Shown: positions 36,956-37,513 of the stretch, piece by piece
How the letters are laid out: each line of letters starts with the position of its first letter
Numbering within the stretch: position 1 is the first letter of the stretch
Origin: Isosphaeraceae bacterium
Lineage (GTDB): Bacteria > Planctomycetota > Planctomycetia > Isosphaerales > Isosphaeraceae
NCBI GenBank assembly: GCA_043738665.1
Contig: JAYUFP010000536.1
Span: forward strand, 1 to 37,513
Length of the DNA stretch: 37,513 nt
Reading direction: 5' to 3'
The notes under the pieces: model-generated
The model's input: only the letters and a program-made list of their open reading frames with translations
Told to the model about the DNA's origin: nothing
Database searches by the model: none
Made by a program: the position numbers and the translations under genes

Positions 36956-37024
36956 TGGCTTGACCCCGGGTGGGCCGGGTCAAGAATCCACCTACGATAC
37001 GCGTCGTACCCGGAGCGGAAGGGG

Positions 37025-37456
37025 TCAGACGAGATCTTCGTCCCACTCGCGTTGCTTGGACTTCGGATTCTTCAAGCGTTTCCCCGCGAGTGATTTATTT
37101 ATAGGCAGTTCCTCATCGAGCACTTTTGCACAATAGGGACAGTACTTTACGCGTTCCGCATGCAGTAATTGAGACGCGAATGCGGACCAGTTGCCGCGGC
37201 ACCACGGGCAGCGGAGGAACCAATGACCACTGAATACGCCGACGATGAAGAAGGCGAAGCCGATCGCGAAGGACCCGAAGAAGATCGCGTTGGAACTCGC
37301 CAGCCCGTGCTTGACCCTCCACGATTCGATCGCGAGACCGACAGCCACGATCGCGGTCCCGACGACCATCCCCGCGACGCACGATCCGACGTAAAGTAGA
37401 TTCGCACGCTTCAGCGCCTGCCTGCCGGTCATCGCCCTGGCCTCCGAATCTGTCAT
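37025..37456 (-). CDS. membrane protein with a C-terminal CxxC...CxxC zinc-ribbon
   Basis: Two TM segments (LLYVGSCVAGMVVGTAIVAVGLAI, AIFFGSFAIGFAFFIVGVF) followed by CPWCRG...YCPYCAKV. Confidence 0.7.
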   Translation of the reverse strand: MTDSEARAMTGRQALKRANLLYVGSCVAGMVVGTAIVAVGLAIESWRVKHGLASSNAIFFGSFAIGFAFFIVGVFSGHWFLRCPWCRGNWSAFASQLLHAERVKYCPYCAKVLDEELPINKSLAGKRLKNPKSKQREWDEDLV

Positions 37457-37513
37457 TGATGGGACTCAGAAATAGGCCGGGAAGCACTTCCCGATTTGCG
37501 TAGCAAGCTGCGG

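Overview
High-GC bacterial chromosomal window (about 63-68 % GC, judged by eye). It looks planctomycetal: a DUF1559 H-X9-DG pseudopilin, a DUF1573 lipoprotein, a PF07638-type ECF sigma factor with a Ser/Thr-kinase-type partner domain, and many nested palindromic intergenic repeats. The housekeeping anchor is a replication locus, dnaN - DUF721/DciA-like - two tandem Uma2 (DUF820) paralogues - gyrB, with no recF or dnaA in the window. Left of it are ordinary genes: a PAS sensor fragment at the window edge (absent from the ORF track), a glycoside-hydrolase-like protein, a papain-fold protein, the DUF1573/DUF1559 cluster, ECF sigma, a BNR/Asp-box propeller plus a MoaD/ThiS-like GG protein, an S8 peptidase, a PilZ protein and an ArnT-like GT39. 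The most interesting part lies right of gyrB (25.8-35.2 kb) and is compositionally mosaic. (i) A low-GC insert of about 1.9 kb encodes a split OLD-like pair, ABC/AAA_15-21-type ATPase plus DUF4276 Toprim-like protein, with an ATGA overlap. (ii) A SWIM-SNF2 helicase carries a Gly/Pro/Gln low-complexity insert of about 160 aa. It is followed 25 nt later by a KAP/STAND-like P-loop NTPase whose end overlaps by 44 nt a protein with a P-loop-less STAND-like N-domain and a low-GC array of six 40-aa TPR units. I consider this NTPase + inactive-STAND/TPR pair, possibly working with the SNF2 helicase, the best candidate for an undescribed NTP-dependent conflict/defence system. Other notable items are a perfect (ACGCC)12 pentanucleotide microsatellite in front of the DUF1573 lipoprotein gene, several palindromic repeat families, an orphan kinase-N-terminal domain after the ECF sigma, and a probably frameshifted small ORF after the Toprim gene. 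No tRNA, rRNA, CRISPR array, transposase or integrase was recognised. All family assignments rest on motif recognition by eye and need HMM or structure confirmation.
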